This document shows positions 25,136-37,699 of a stretch of DNA of 64,000 nt, one piece after another. Both the position numbers and the translations under genes were made by a program. This DNA comes from Vicugna vicugna (lineage: Eukaryota), in the NCBI GenBank assembly GCA_013265495.1, contig MU057484.1:62001-126000 (forward strand). The letters are read 5' to 3'. The notes under the pieces are model-generated. The model searched no databases and was not told the origin of the DNA. It saw only the letters and a program-made list of their open reading frames with translations. Position 1 is the first letter of the stretch. The number at the start of each line of letters is the position of its first letter.

Positions 25136-27239
25136 AAGAAAAGTTTAGCGGCATTGTGTCCTACGTTTTTATGTGTCTTTAGTGAGTGGGTCTTCAAGTT
25201 TCCGGTCTGCCATATTTTCTGAACCAGAAGTGCCCTCCTTCCCTTTTCTTTGATAAACTGTCAGTGGGTGGCATTTATTCCCGTGGTTTCAACTTCTCTC
25301 TGCCCACTGATTAACTGTCAAATCTTTTCCAGCAAGGACATTTCATTTCAGTTCCTGAAATATACTTATAATTGACAAGTAGACATTCCCAATTGATTAG
25401 CCCATAAAAATCTCAAGCTCTGTGTGTTTGAATTTTTACTCGCTCAGAACTAGTTTTACTTCTTCAAACAATGGCATCACTATCCCATCTGTTTTCCGTG
25501 CCATACATCTGGGAGTTTTCCTTTACTTTTCCACACCCTCACCCCCGTCAGTACTACAATTCTATTCCTTAATCTCCCCCAAGTCCCTGCTCCTCGCTTC
25601 CCACTGCATTAATTCACACCCCTTGCTAGGCTCACCAGTGCTGTTCTTTAGAGGGAACAATCCATTTTTCTCATTTGTAATGACTAATCTGTGTCACTCT
25701 CCTCCTTAAAACCCCAGAGAATTCCCCGCTGTGTATGTGAGGAAGTCCACGCTCCCTGATTTAACGTTAAACCTACTCATCACCTAGTTGCTGCCTTTTT
25801 TTCAGCCTCAGCTTCCTTTAGTTCCTCACAGCCTCTAGCCTCACTGACCTTCTTTCCCTAAGTGCAAAGTGCTCTTAGACACGACCAGACATCTGCACGA
25901 GACACACAAGCTGCCGAGAATCCCGTCCCCACCATTCACTCTCCTGGTCTAGAGATTTGCTGTAATCTTTCAGATGTCAGTGCAGAAAGCATTTCCTCTC
26001 TGACACCTTCCATACCTTCTAGAACCCTGCCCCAGGCAGTGCAGGAGCCCCTCTGAACATACAATATACATGATGCCGAATGACTCTTAAAAACATTGTT
26101 TTGAAAACCTATTTAAATTTGTCTCTTCCACGACTGTGATCTCCTTAAGGGATGAGGTGCTGTGTGTTATTTGTCTGGACAGCTAATGTCTGGCACAGAC
26201 CCAGTGTCATCGGAAACAGTCTGCTGACTCATCAAGAAGAATTGTTGTTTTTGCGACGTAAGAAAGACTACATGCTCTCTGACTTTACACCATGCGGCAA
26301 GGGTCAAAATAATTTCCCATAGAACTACACAGGCAAAATATGTGGATTCTTTTCCTCTTTGTGAGCCCGAGATCATAGGCATCCTGGAACATAGGTGTCA
26401 CTCTAAGCTGTTTGTCCTCTAGGCTGTCACATCCAGCATCAGCATATTTTTTAGAAGTTGTAGGGATACGTGTACATCACCCCATCTCACAGCAAACGAC
26501 GCTTCAGCCTGACCCAGTTTAATGTTCATGTGAAAATCAGAAATCTTCCAAACTGAAGCCTGAGGAAACATTTCCCGTCTCTCCTTGCAGTCTGTCTGCC
26601 ATCTGCATCAAACATCCCCACTGCTCACCTGCGTCACACCACCTTCCATCTAGAAACATTTTCGGAAGAACTAATTAGTCATAAAAATGGTCCCATGAAC
26701 GTAGGCTCTGCACAACAAGGATGCTTTGACCGGAGGCCTCAGCCGTGGCCTGCAGGGTCTGTTAAAATTTTCTTCCTGGCTTCAATGCAGACATTGTGCA
26801 GAAAATCAAGCCAGCAGTTAAAGTCATAGAAGGCCCACAAAATCCAGAAAAATGCAGTAAGAGCCATCTCCTTGGGAATATTTTTGAAAACCATCAACTA
26901 ATAGCAAGAAGAGGTTTAAGAGGTTCATTTCAGAGCAGATGATGTCCAACTGCAGGTGGGACAGTTTTGTCATTGTTGCTCGCTAGTTGGCTTTCTGCTG
27001 CTTCTAACACGCCTCTGTTTAGAGAAGTGGCTGAGTCGGCCCTCAGAGCAGAAAGGTGAGCTGGGTCTGGCGACAGCCTAGCTCCTCTGCTGTGTAGTAA
27101 CCCGCTGAGAAGGAAGAGATGGCCCAGGGCTTCCTCTGACTCTCTCTCCCTCCATTATAAAGTCTCTGAAGGGAAAATGGAGTAAAAAATTCTTGATTCA
27201 GAATGGTATTGTCAAAGTATAAAAATAATTGTCTTTGAA

Positions 27240-27312
27240 GGGGAGGATATAGTTCAAGGGGTAGAGTAAGTGTTTGGTTCAATTTCCAGTACCTCAATTT
27301 AAAAAAATAATA
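27240..27312 (+). mobile_element. Camelid-type SINE, internally deleted
   Basis: ggggaggatatagttcaaggggtagagt...ggttcaatttccagtacctc followed by an A-rich tail. Confidence 0.7.
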
Positions 27313-30300
27313 AGAAAAATTCTTCTTTAAAGAAAGAAAAAGAACAAAGAAGAAAAGAGATCTCAAACAATCCAACTTAAAAAGGAAAAAAAAAACATTT
27401 TATACATAGTAATCAGCTCGGACTTTTGCTAGAATAGGAGTTTGGGATTAACAGATACACACTACTATGTGTAAAATAAATAACAAACTCTCAGGTCCTT
27501 AATAACCTAGTTCAACCTGAATCTTTTCTCTTTTTTCCCCTAAGCAACCTGTGGAAATCTCTGAAATTCTCACCTTATAAAAGAATTCTTTTAAAGGTGG
27601 TTTGAAATTTACTGCTTAATACATTTATATGTGGTTCCATGAATATAGGTCTAGTAAGAAAGAAAGATAACAAACCAGTAAGCAAATAAATATATTATGT
27701 ACAGCCAAGTACTAATAATTGCCACAAAGAAACATAAAGCATATTAGTAGAGAAAATGATTGAATAGGAAAATTGTGCGTGCTATTTTAAATACTGTGGT
27801 CAGATAAGTCCTCTCTGAGGGTAAAATAATTTGAACAAAGTCCTGAATGAAGCAAAAGAATAAGCCACGTAGGTAACAGACAAGAAAAGCCTCCCAGGCC
27901 GGGAGAAGTGTAAGTACGAGACTTGGAGTTACAAACACAGCTGTCCTGGTGGGGACCATCTGGGCGGTGAAGGTGGGCTGGAGCAGAACGGTGAGACCTG
28001 AGGCTGCAGAGACGGGTGAGGGACCGGATCACACAGGGCCTTGGTAGGGACTCCGGATATCCTTCTGAATACAATGGAAAATCACGAAAGTATTTTGCAA
28101 AGCGGAACGTCTTGATCTGAAGACCGCTGTGCATATGGGGAATAAGCAATGGAAGCAAGGCAAGGTAAGCTGATGGGAAGCCAGTGGGAAGAGTGCTGTT
28201 GACCTGGAGAGAGACACCGAGGTTGGGCTGGGATGATGACAGGAGACGGGCTGAAAGGGGGACACGATTTGTCAGTAATGGTCACAGGCCTTAATGCTCG
28301 AGTTGGACACACACACAAAGTGGTTCAGGGTGATGGGTATGTGATATTTGGGGCTGAGTCAGAGTTTTTGTGCAGAGACCTGACAGGAGAATAAATTGGG
28401 GACGTTGACGTCGGTAAGAAGGGTTGGTGGGTGTTGAATTCCCCCTAGAGCCACGTCTCTGTTTCTCTGTAGATGAAGTCAGCAGAGCAGGGATGGGTGT
28501 TCCTACTTCTGCAGAGAATTGCGTGTCCTCCTCATCGAAAAATTCGAGAGGCCGACCTGCCCATCCATTCGCAACATCTTGAATCTACTTCTTTCTATCC
28601 AGGAGGAGATTTCCAACTTAGATGCCAATCAAAAATTCCCGTGTCCAGAGTTAGAGCTGTGTGCCTTTGGGATGATCTCAGAGATGCCTCCACAGAGGCA
28701 CGGTGTGCTCTCTCTCCCTCAGAGCACACAGTCCCCTTCAGTCCCGTGGGTCTTAGCAGGGAAGATTTCACAAATATTCCCTCTCAGGCCGTCGTGACCA
28801 ACCTCCCGCTTGGGCAAGCTCTGAAAATGAGCACGAGTTCCGGGCAAAGGGCCTTCTCCGGGGCGCATCTGGCAGATTACATGAGGACAGTGTACAAGAG
28901 AGTGGGAGGGTTGACGGTATAAGTGGATTGTAATTTTTGCTCTGAGTCTGATTCTGTCCTTCCGTTTTGTTAAGGAAGTGTTCTTAGGCCAGACATGATT
29001 CTCCTTTTTTCTTTCTATTTGATAATCCAAGAGATTTATAGAGAATATTTGTTTTAGGGTAAGAATCTTTAAAAAAAAAAATCCTTGCAAATAGCGTCTT
29101 GTTAGGTATTTGGACAAGACAACCAGTAAATTCTCCCAGCAGTATTGAACCCCCTTCTTCCTCCAGGGGGTCTCCAAAGTATACATGTTCCAAATCTGAC
29201 CCTAAATCGATGAGCCTTTTTTTTAAATCACTTCACAATGGACAAAAGATATCACTAAAGAAGGTAAGAAAACAGCAGGTCCCCATCATCCAGAGTCCCT
29301 CCCAAAAGCCCACAAAAGTAAAGAGGAGATGAACGAAACAATTTATTTTTACACATTCAGGAGCCAACCAGAAAAGTAACTAGCATGTTAATTGGTGAAA
29401 GTTAAAGGCTTTTTTATCAACCTATCTTAATAGGGCAAAGGGGGAGGAGAGAATTGGCTTCCATGACAGGTTTTCTTCTACATCTATTGAATCTCAGGTA
29501 TCTTCAGATTAAAGTGTTTTTGTATTAACCATGGGTTCCATCTGACTTTCCATTCTTCGAACTTTGTTCTTCTTTTTCAAGATTCACTCATGTATTCTGA
29601 GCCCCTGGATTTTCCACGTGAATTTTAGATTGATTGTCAACTCCTGCGAAACACCACCTGGGATTTGGGTAGGCATTCTTTGAATGCTTAGATCTATTTG
29701 TGGGCTATAGTCATCTTAGAAGAATGAAGCCTTCTGCTCCATGAATATCGGATTATTCTCTGTGAATGTAGGTCTTAATTTCTCTCGACAGGATCTTTAA
29801 TGTATTGTAGTCTTCAGTGTCCAAGTCTAGTACTTCTTCCTCACCTCTATTGGATGCTGATTCAGAAGAGACACGACCTCCTGGAGAACCTCTAATGCCA
29901 CGGAGCTGACATGAAACTGAGTCCTGAGAAGTCTTTAAATTCTTTTAAAAATAGGATTAATGTACTTTAATTACTCCATAGATGAGCAATGAATGGGTCA
30001 CATTAACATAGGATTTTAATCCTTTTAGAATTAGTAGAGTAATACAGACACATTACAAAAATTTGAAATATTGCCTAAAAGAGAAGAGATTTGTAATTCC
30101 CACCCAAAGAGGTGACTGTCATGAATGATTTGGTGCTTATGTCTCAGTCTCTGTGTCTCTCAGTACGTCTCTCTCCATCTCTGTCTCTCACACACTCACA
30201 ATCAGATCAATTTACATCTATGTAGATTCCACACATATGTGGTCGCGCAGATGCGACCCTGGATGCAGACAGTGGGTCTGCATACTTCCACCCTGAGGCC

Positions 30301-30467
30301 TCCCTTGACATTGGGTTGAGACCTGGCACCCACTTTTCCAACTGCACAGCATTCATTCATCCACATGAACCAGAACGAGTGGACCCCATCCCCTCTCCAT
30401 CAACATTAATGTTGCTTTAATTCCTACTGTTTCAACCAGTGCTGTGATGAACATCCTTGAAAAGGCA

Positions 30468-33400
30468 TCTTTGAATAGGTGTGGAAGAATTTTAGTGGGA
30501 TGAACTGTAAGGATCAGAATTTCTGGGGAAGAGATGCTTCTGTGGCCCTTTGATGCGTCCTGCACCCTGTTCTCCTGAAAAGGAGCGTCCCTTCACTCTT
30601 CCCTCCAGGGGATCTGCTGGAGCCTCTGCCTGCTTAGATTGTCACCAGGGCTGGTTGTCACCTGACTAAAGACCCACCAGTGTGATGGTGGCCGGTGCTG
30701 TCTCTGCAGTGTTTCCATCAACCTATGTTCTCACGTGAGAGGTCAAGTATCTCTAACACACACTGGCCACCTGCATTGCCTCTCATTGGAACTGCCCATG
30801 TCTGTTCCGTTTCTGTTTAGAACACTGGGTTTCGAAAGGATTTTGGACTACAGGGATGGGAAAACTTTCTCCAAACTTGGGTTATGAAGAATGCTTTTTC
30901 CAGGTTGTGGTTTGCCTTTCAAGCAGTTTTTCTGGGTTTTTGCTAATTTTTTTGATTTGTTTGATTTTGTTTTTGCCACAGGAAAAGCTAAGCATCTCCC
31001 TTCTGTCTTCTGGCTGTGGTGTCACAGGGGGAACAGCAGTTTCTACCCTGAGATTTTGCACAGAGTTACTAAAAGGGTTTCATTTTGTACATCAAGGGTT
31101 TCATACATCACATTTTTAATCCACCTGGATATACACTTAAAATAATAAAAATGCTGTTTCAAGTGAAAACAAACAAAAAAAAGTCACCAGCCCCAGCTTA
31201 AAACATGTGGGCAGGGACAATAAAAACAACTTTTTTTAAAAGTTTCATTGACAAGGAACACCCAGAAAAGGTAAAAGCACGAAGAGAGAAAGAGGACTTG
31301 GGGTTGTCAGGGGCTGGGTGAGAAGGGAGGGGAGTGCGCCCTCTGGATCCATGGTTTCACTTTGAGGAAAGAAATAGTGTGAAACTAGATGGTAGTGATG
31401 GTCGGACAACATTGTGAATGCCCCTAATGCTCCTGAATTGCACAATTTAAAAGGGGAAAAGTCTCTATTTTATTACATGAAACCCTAAAATGAAACCCTG
31501 AAAAATAAAGGATGCCATAAATGATGTGAAACAAACAAAGGAAACTAAAGAAAACCAAACAAAAACTTCTCCAGCGGAAGGGACATCAAGTTTGGGAGGG
31601 GGAGGGGGAGGGGACTGATGGTGGGATTTTGGGGAACATTTTGGAGAAGAAGGTTTGGGTGGGTGCAGAGGGGGCTTTGCCCCTGGTTGTGGTGATGTCT
31701 GAACTGGTTCTCGGTTGCCCAGCAGTCCAGGTGCAGATGCAGGTTCAGGAGGAGCTGCAGGAGCGGCAGGAGGGAGCTCGGGTCTCCTGCTGTATCCAGA
31801 TCGTCCTTTTTTGGTCTCGGTCATCTTCCCCTGCCTCTGACTCCTCTGTAATTATTGGATGTGGGGAGAGTTTTAAGTCTTATGGAAGAGCTCATGCTGT
31901 GAGAGAGGAAAAATTTACCTACCTGCCTCCCTTTCCATGTGCCTCTTCAAGTACAGAAAACTTCCCAGAGCTTTCCAGACAGCTCCAACCCAGAAAGTGC
32001 CCACACGATGTGTTCTGTGACTGAATTTTTCCAGACAGGTGGTCTAATTCCATTCTTTGCTCTGGTCCCAAAAGTAGCCTCTGGGGACACCTCCCTGTGC
32101 GGCCCAGCCCTCGCCCCTCCCTCACCTACACACATGCACCAGCCCTGCCTTTCTGACCTTCGGGCTCTGCTTTGGGGGCTCCTGGTCCTCCACCTGACTT
32201 GCAGCGAGGTGGGCACGGTGCCCCAGGTCAGAGCCGGGGGTGCTGAGCTACCCATCAGCCCCGAGCAGGTCCCTGGGGAGAGCCCAGTGTGATGTCTGGG
32301 TCGAAGGCCTGCCCCACTGATTTCTGGGCCATGGTGGTGGGGAACCCTCCATATCCAGACCTGCCTGGAGCCTGCGCTGGCCCTCAGAAGAGTGGCACAC
32401 CATCCCTTCAGTTGGGGAGGGGGCGTTTGTGTTCTTATTCATCAGCTTCTGTTCAGTATGTGGTATCTGGCACTGCAATGACAGTGACCAGCAGCTGACC
32501 CGGCCTGGAAGTCTCAGAGCCCTGCCCGGCAAAGAACACTCCTGATTCTGTCCACTCGACCCTCTGCTGCCAGATCAGACTGGGACCTTGTTCAGCTCAG
32601 ACACCCTGGAGGGAAAAGACACACCCAGAATGTATGGTCTCCACCTCGGGCAGCAGGAATATTCCCCGGCTCTCCACATCCCAGCCAGCCAGCTTTGACC
32701 TGGCTGTGGATGTGACCAGCCCCCCAGCCCTATGAGCTGCTCTTGCTTGAGGCAGAAACCTATCCCCAACATGACTGCTTCACCTCCACCAGCCAGGAAG
32801 AGGCCGTGGGGCTACCTGGGTGGAATCTGAGTCGTGGCCCGGCCTGTGTGGTCCTGACCTGGGAACCCATCCCCAACATGACTGCTTCATCTCCACCAGC
32901 CAGGAAGAGGCCGTGGGGCTACCTGGGTGGAATCTGAGTCGTGGCCCGGCCTGAGTGGTCCTGACCTGGGACTCCCTGTGTTACCTTTGGGTCTCTCTGG
33001 CCAAAAGGCCAGAGGCGCCTTGGGTGAGACCTGACCCAGTGCCGGCAGCATTGGCACAGCCCCTCGCTGCTGGCTTTCTGGGGGTTGCGGCCTCGAGATA
33101 TTGGGATGCAGAAGAAAATGCCTCTGTCTCCAACCAAGTGAGCTGAGTAGGGACTTCTCTACAGAGTGGGTGCCTGGTGACTTCGGTTCCAAGTTCTGTT
33201 GTGCTCTATTGCCAGGGAAGTGAGGCCACTTCCTGGGGTCCACTTATCCAAGCTTCCTCCTGACACAAAACTCCCCAAGGGCCTTTCTGGGCTGCCAATC
33301 ACTCGTTTCTCACTCCATGCCATGTGCACACCCAGTGACACCAAATCAACCCCCCCATAGCCGTGGCGAGGCCTGGATGCAGCCAGCACCGCAGCTCTGA

Positions 33401-35240
33401 GGACACAGCTGGGTTCAGACCTGGCTCCGCCCACTCAGCAGTGCTGTCACCCTGGAGAAGCCACGTGCCTCCCAGAGTCTCCCCAATCCCCCATCGGCAC
33501 AGTGGGGATCATTCTGGCACCTGCTTCCTAGAGAAGCCATCCTGTCTCTAGACCTAGAAACACCTACTTCATCTGTCACCCCCATGGGCTGGCATCACAT
33601 GGAGCCCGTGCACAGACTCAGCAAAGGAAGGACCCCACAGAGGACTGGCGGAGCAAAGAGCACATGCCACACAGGCCGGGGTTTGCATTGGGGTCTGTAG
33701 AAAGTCACTTTCCTTGCTGCTTGCTTCCCAGCTCCCAGTCGTGAGACTGAAATTAAATACAACTCTGACATCTTCCGCTCTGGCATACAACCTCCTAGGT
33801 CAATCTTTCATGTTGACATACAGGCCCAGTTTCCCATCTCGGCCTCTGTGGTGGGCTGCCCCACAATGGCTTCCTATTTTTTACCTTCTGTTCCCACGCC
33901 CTTGTGTGATCTCCACACACTACCCTTGAGGGTGGGTGGACTTTGGGACCAGGTTCTGTCATGTGGACTGACTTGTGAATATGTGCATGAGTTCCACTCA
34001 TTACCAGCTCCAGTGTTCCTTCTCTCTGTCTCTCAGTGCCTGTCTCTCTGACTTATCTCTCTCTCTGTTTCTCTGTCTCCACCTGCTTCTCTGTGTTTCA
34101 GTCTGTCTGTCTCTTTTCCTGTATGTATGTGTGTATATATTAATGTGTATATGTGTGTATTTATGTGTGTGTATTGTTCTGGACCAGGGCAGGTCACTTC
34201 TGAAAATCCCTTGATGACATATTGATTATTTTGAATTCATGTTACTGAAGAAAAATTATCTTTGAAAATTGTGCAAGAACTTTGGTGGGATCTTCTCTAA
34301 GGATCAGCACTGCTAGGGAAGGGATGCACCTGTGGCACTTTGATGTATCCTGCACCTTGTTCTGCTAGAGAGGAGCGTCCATTTGCTCTTCCCTCCAGGG
34401 TACCTCCTGGGGCCTCTGCCTGCTCACATTGTCACCAGGGGTGGTTGTCACCGGGCTAAAGACCTGCCAGTGTGATGGTGGCCAATGCTGTCTCTGCAGT
34501 CTGTCCATCTGCCTGTGTCCTCACCTGAGAGGTCGAGCATCTCTAGCACACACTGGCCACCTGCACTGGCTCTCGTTGGAACTGCCTGTGTGTGTTTTGT
34601 TCCTTTTCAGAACACTGGGCTTCAAGAGCTTTTTGGATCACAGGGATGTGAAGCTTTTCTCCGACATTGGGTCATGAGGAAAGCTTTTTCCAGGCTGTGG
34701 TTTGTCTTTCCAGCTGTCTTTCTTGGTCTTTGTTTTCTGCTTTTGTTTGGTTTTATTTAGCCACAAGAAGAGTTAAGCATCTCCCTTCTGGCTCTGGTTT
34801 CACATTTAGAACAGCAGTGCCTGCCCCGAGATTATGCACAGAGTTACTAAAAGGGCTTCATTTGGTAAGTCTCATCTTTAATCCATCTGGATTTTCCTCT
34901 CAAAATACAAAAATGCTAATTCACGTGAAAACAAACAAAAAATTCACCCTTCCCTACTTAAGATATATGGGCAGACAAAAAAAAAATAAAGCCACCTTTT
35001 ATATGATTTCATTGATAGAGAACCTCCAGGATAGGTGAAGACATAGAGAGAGAAAGGGGATTAGGGCTTGTCATGGACTGGGGGAGGTAGGATGTGGGGT
35101 GCGCTTTGTATAAAAGCTTTTACTTTGAGGAAGGATATAGTCTGAAATCAGTGGTGTTGGTCTCACAGCATTGTGAATGCACTTAATGCCCCTTAAAATT
35201 GCACAATTTAAAATGGGAAAAGGCTAAATTTTATTCTCAT
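30468..35240 (+). repeat. Diverged ~1 kb direct duplication: copy 1 ~30468-31475, copy 2 ~34258-35240
   Basis: Colinear matches throughout, e.g. aggagcgtcc..ctcttccctccaggg, cacacactggccacctgca, gcacagagttactaaaaggg, gtgaaaacaaacaaaaaa and gcacaatttaaaa. Confidence 0.9.
32762..32971 (+). repeat. 107-bp tandem duplication, 2 copies
   Basis: atccccaacatgactgcttca...gtggtcctgacctggga starts at both 32762 and 32869; only two mismatches seen. Confidence 0.95.
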
Positions 35241-35266
35241 AAACTTAAATCAAAAATAGAATATAC

Positions 35267-35976
35267 TTTAATAGAAAAGAAAAAAATCTGAATTCATAGA
35301 AGATCTGTTCTTTTGGCTTTAATTCTGTGCCCTCTTTTCTAGGCTTAGTCTTATTAGCTCGGCACCTTTTGTAAAAAATTTTGCCTTTAGCCTGAAATAT
35401 ACAGGAGAGCCTGTTTTCAAGGCTCTGATCTTTAAGGTTATTAACACTTTGGCACTTCAATAAAAACAACAAATTGCAGAATAGAAAATAACTTTTGTTT
35501 TGTTAGAGGTTTTACAGAGGCACTGTGACCTGGTCTACGTAGACAACTGCAGACCAAGTTAATGGCAGAATAAAATCTTGGAGAACCATCTTCCCAAAGT
35601 CAGACTTCAGACTCCTTTTCTATTAAAAAGGGGAGGGGCTGTGGTTGGTTGTTGCAAACTTCTCGGTGTAGGATTTCTTTGTTCTTGGAATCCTTTGCAG
35701 CTGTCCACGTGGGTCAGATCATGGTGTTCCTGTAAAACCTGCAACAAAACAAACTTTTTCTATTCTGCAACTTGTTATCTTTATAGGAGTGCAAAAGTGT
35801 TAATATCCTTAACGTTCAGAGCCCTGAGCAAAGGCTGTCCTGTTTATTTCAGGCTAAAGGCAACATTGTTTTCAGAAGGAACAGAACTATCAAGACTAAG
35901 CCTAGAAAACAGGGCAGAGGGTTAAAGGAAAAGGAACAGATCCAATATGGAGTCAGATTTTTTCTTCTCTATTACA
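35267..35976. mobile_element. Two truncated same-family ERV LTRs fused tail-to-tail (inverted repeat)
   Basis: 35267 starts tttaatagaaaagaaaaaaatctgaattcatagaagatctgttc. The reverse complement from 35976 starts tgtaatagagaagaaaaaatctgactccatattggatctgttc. Homology continues for ~285 bp. Confidence 0.8.
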
Positions 35977-37129
35977 GTGCCTTTTGGTGAGAGCTAAGAG
36001 GATGATTCCTGGGTGGGTTCTCCACTGTCCCAGGCTGGAGTTCAGGCAGGATCCCTGCCAGATTCACCATGACTTTGGACCTGATCTCCCACAGAGAAAG
36101 GGACAATTATTGGATTCAAATAACCTGTCAAATCCCTTCAATTGCCTGTAAACTATACCACAGCAGGGGATGTCTCATTGGCCAGTCAACTGCCAGTCTC
36201 CCCCGATGCAAGGGACCAGCGTCGCGGCGGGCTCCATTTTGGCCTGGCCAGTGCACCTTCCTACTTTGCTCTCCAGCCTTGGCTTCCTATCTGACGCTTT
36301 AAAAGCTCCCGTGCCTCTCCCCTCTGGCATGGTGTAAATGAACAATGTCCTTGCACCCACCTGGGCTGAGCCCAGTCCACGCACACAGCCCCATGCACAC
36401 AGCCCACCATCTGTTGTCTACCCCTGGGCTCAAGTGTACCCTCTGAACTCCCCCACCCCAAAGGTCCGCGTGCCCATTGCCTCCGCCCTAGGGGTCCAGA
36501 TCACCATTCGGACCATCAAGCACCCAAGGCCCACAGGCCAGTGGCTGGCAGCCTGGGATCACCCTGACCCATCGGGTCAGTTGAGGCACAGGGTGTGGGG
36601 ATCAGGGTGCCAGGGCGGGAATTGGAACTGCCTTCAGCCCTGCCTGCCTCACCCTGTAGCCTCAGGCATTAACTATGAAGGTGCACACTAGGCTGGATCC
36701 CCCACTGGTGGCAGTAGTCATCCTTAATGGCGCCCAGATTTCCCCACCCCAACCACAGGGTGAGGGGTGAGGAAGTCAGTTCAGGGTAGAGGTGCACTCA
36801 GAGTGAAGGGGATCCCATGGTGAGGGGGTACATGTTGAGGGGTATGGGGCTCACTCAGAGTGGAACTGACCTGGCTGAGAGGTGAGGGGGACAATTTCAG
36901 GATGTTGGGGGTCCTGTGGTGAGGCATGAGGGGTAAACTTGTGGGTGTAGGGGCCATAGGTTAGGACCTAGCAGGATGAAGTGTCAGAGCAGGGACTTCA
37001 GTGTGAGGAGAAGGAGCCCTGTATTCAAGGTCTGGTGGGAGACTGGGCCTGCCCAGAGTTGGGAGGGTATTAACAGGGAGGGGAAGATGAGCAGCGGAAG
37101 TGGGGTTGGCGGGGTGTGGCCTAGCCCAG

Positions 37130-37640
37130 GGCAGTCGTGGTTCTAGTTCAGTGCCAGGACCCAGTCGGTGGCGGGGTGGAGGCTCTGGGAATGGCGACCC
37201 GTCGGGACGAGCAGGAGGGCCCCAACCTGGCTCCTCCCCGCCCCAGTGACCAGGTCCGGTAAAGCAGGAGACCCACCCAAGGAGTTTGCGCTGCTGGAAG
37301 TTGGAGGAGGGGTGCGCACGCGCAGACGGACAGACGCACGGATGCTGGAACCCATCCAGAATGCGTGGAAGCTGGCGGGAACCAGTTGCTCCTGGACCAG
37401 CTCCTGGAAGAGGAACACGACCTGGGGTCTGGGTCGCCTCTTGCCCTCGGCTCGGCTGCCACTGCTGGGCAGTTAAGGGGGCGCTGGTTGGGGGGCGCTG
37501 GTGGGGGCGCGCTGCTCGGGGAGCCGGCGGGTGACGCCTGGGCCGTGCGGCTGGGGAGGAACACAGGGAGGGGTGCGGAGGTGAGGTCCCGGCCAGGCGT
37601 CCCGTTAGGACCCTGAGGCGAGTCCAAGCCGCTGCTGTGG
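37130..37640. promoter_or_regulatory. CpG island / promoter-like fragment abutting satellite
   Basis: CpG-dense and non-satellite. Contains NRF1-like TGCGCACGCGCA at 37313-37324 and GC-rich boxes. Confidence 0.55.
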
Positions 37641-37699
37641 TTCATGGTAACCCCGCTATTAGTAATTCCTGAACCCCGCGTTTTTGCCGCCGCTTATTC

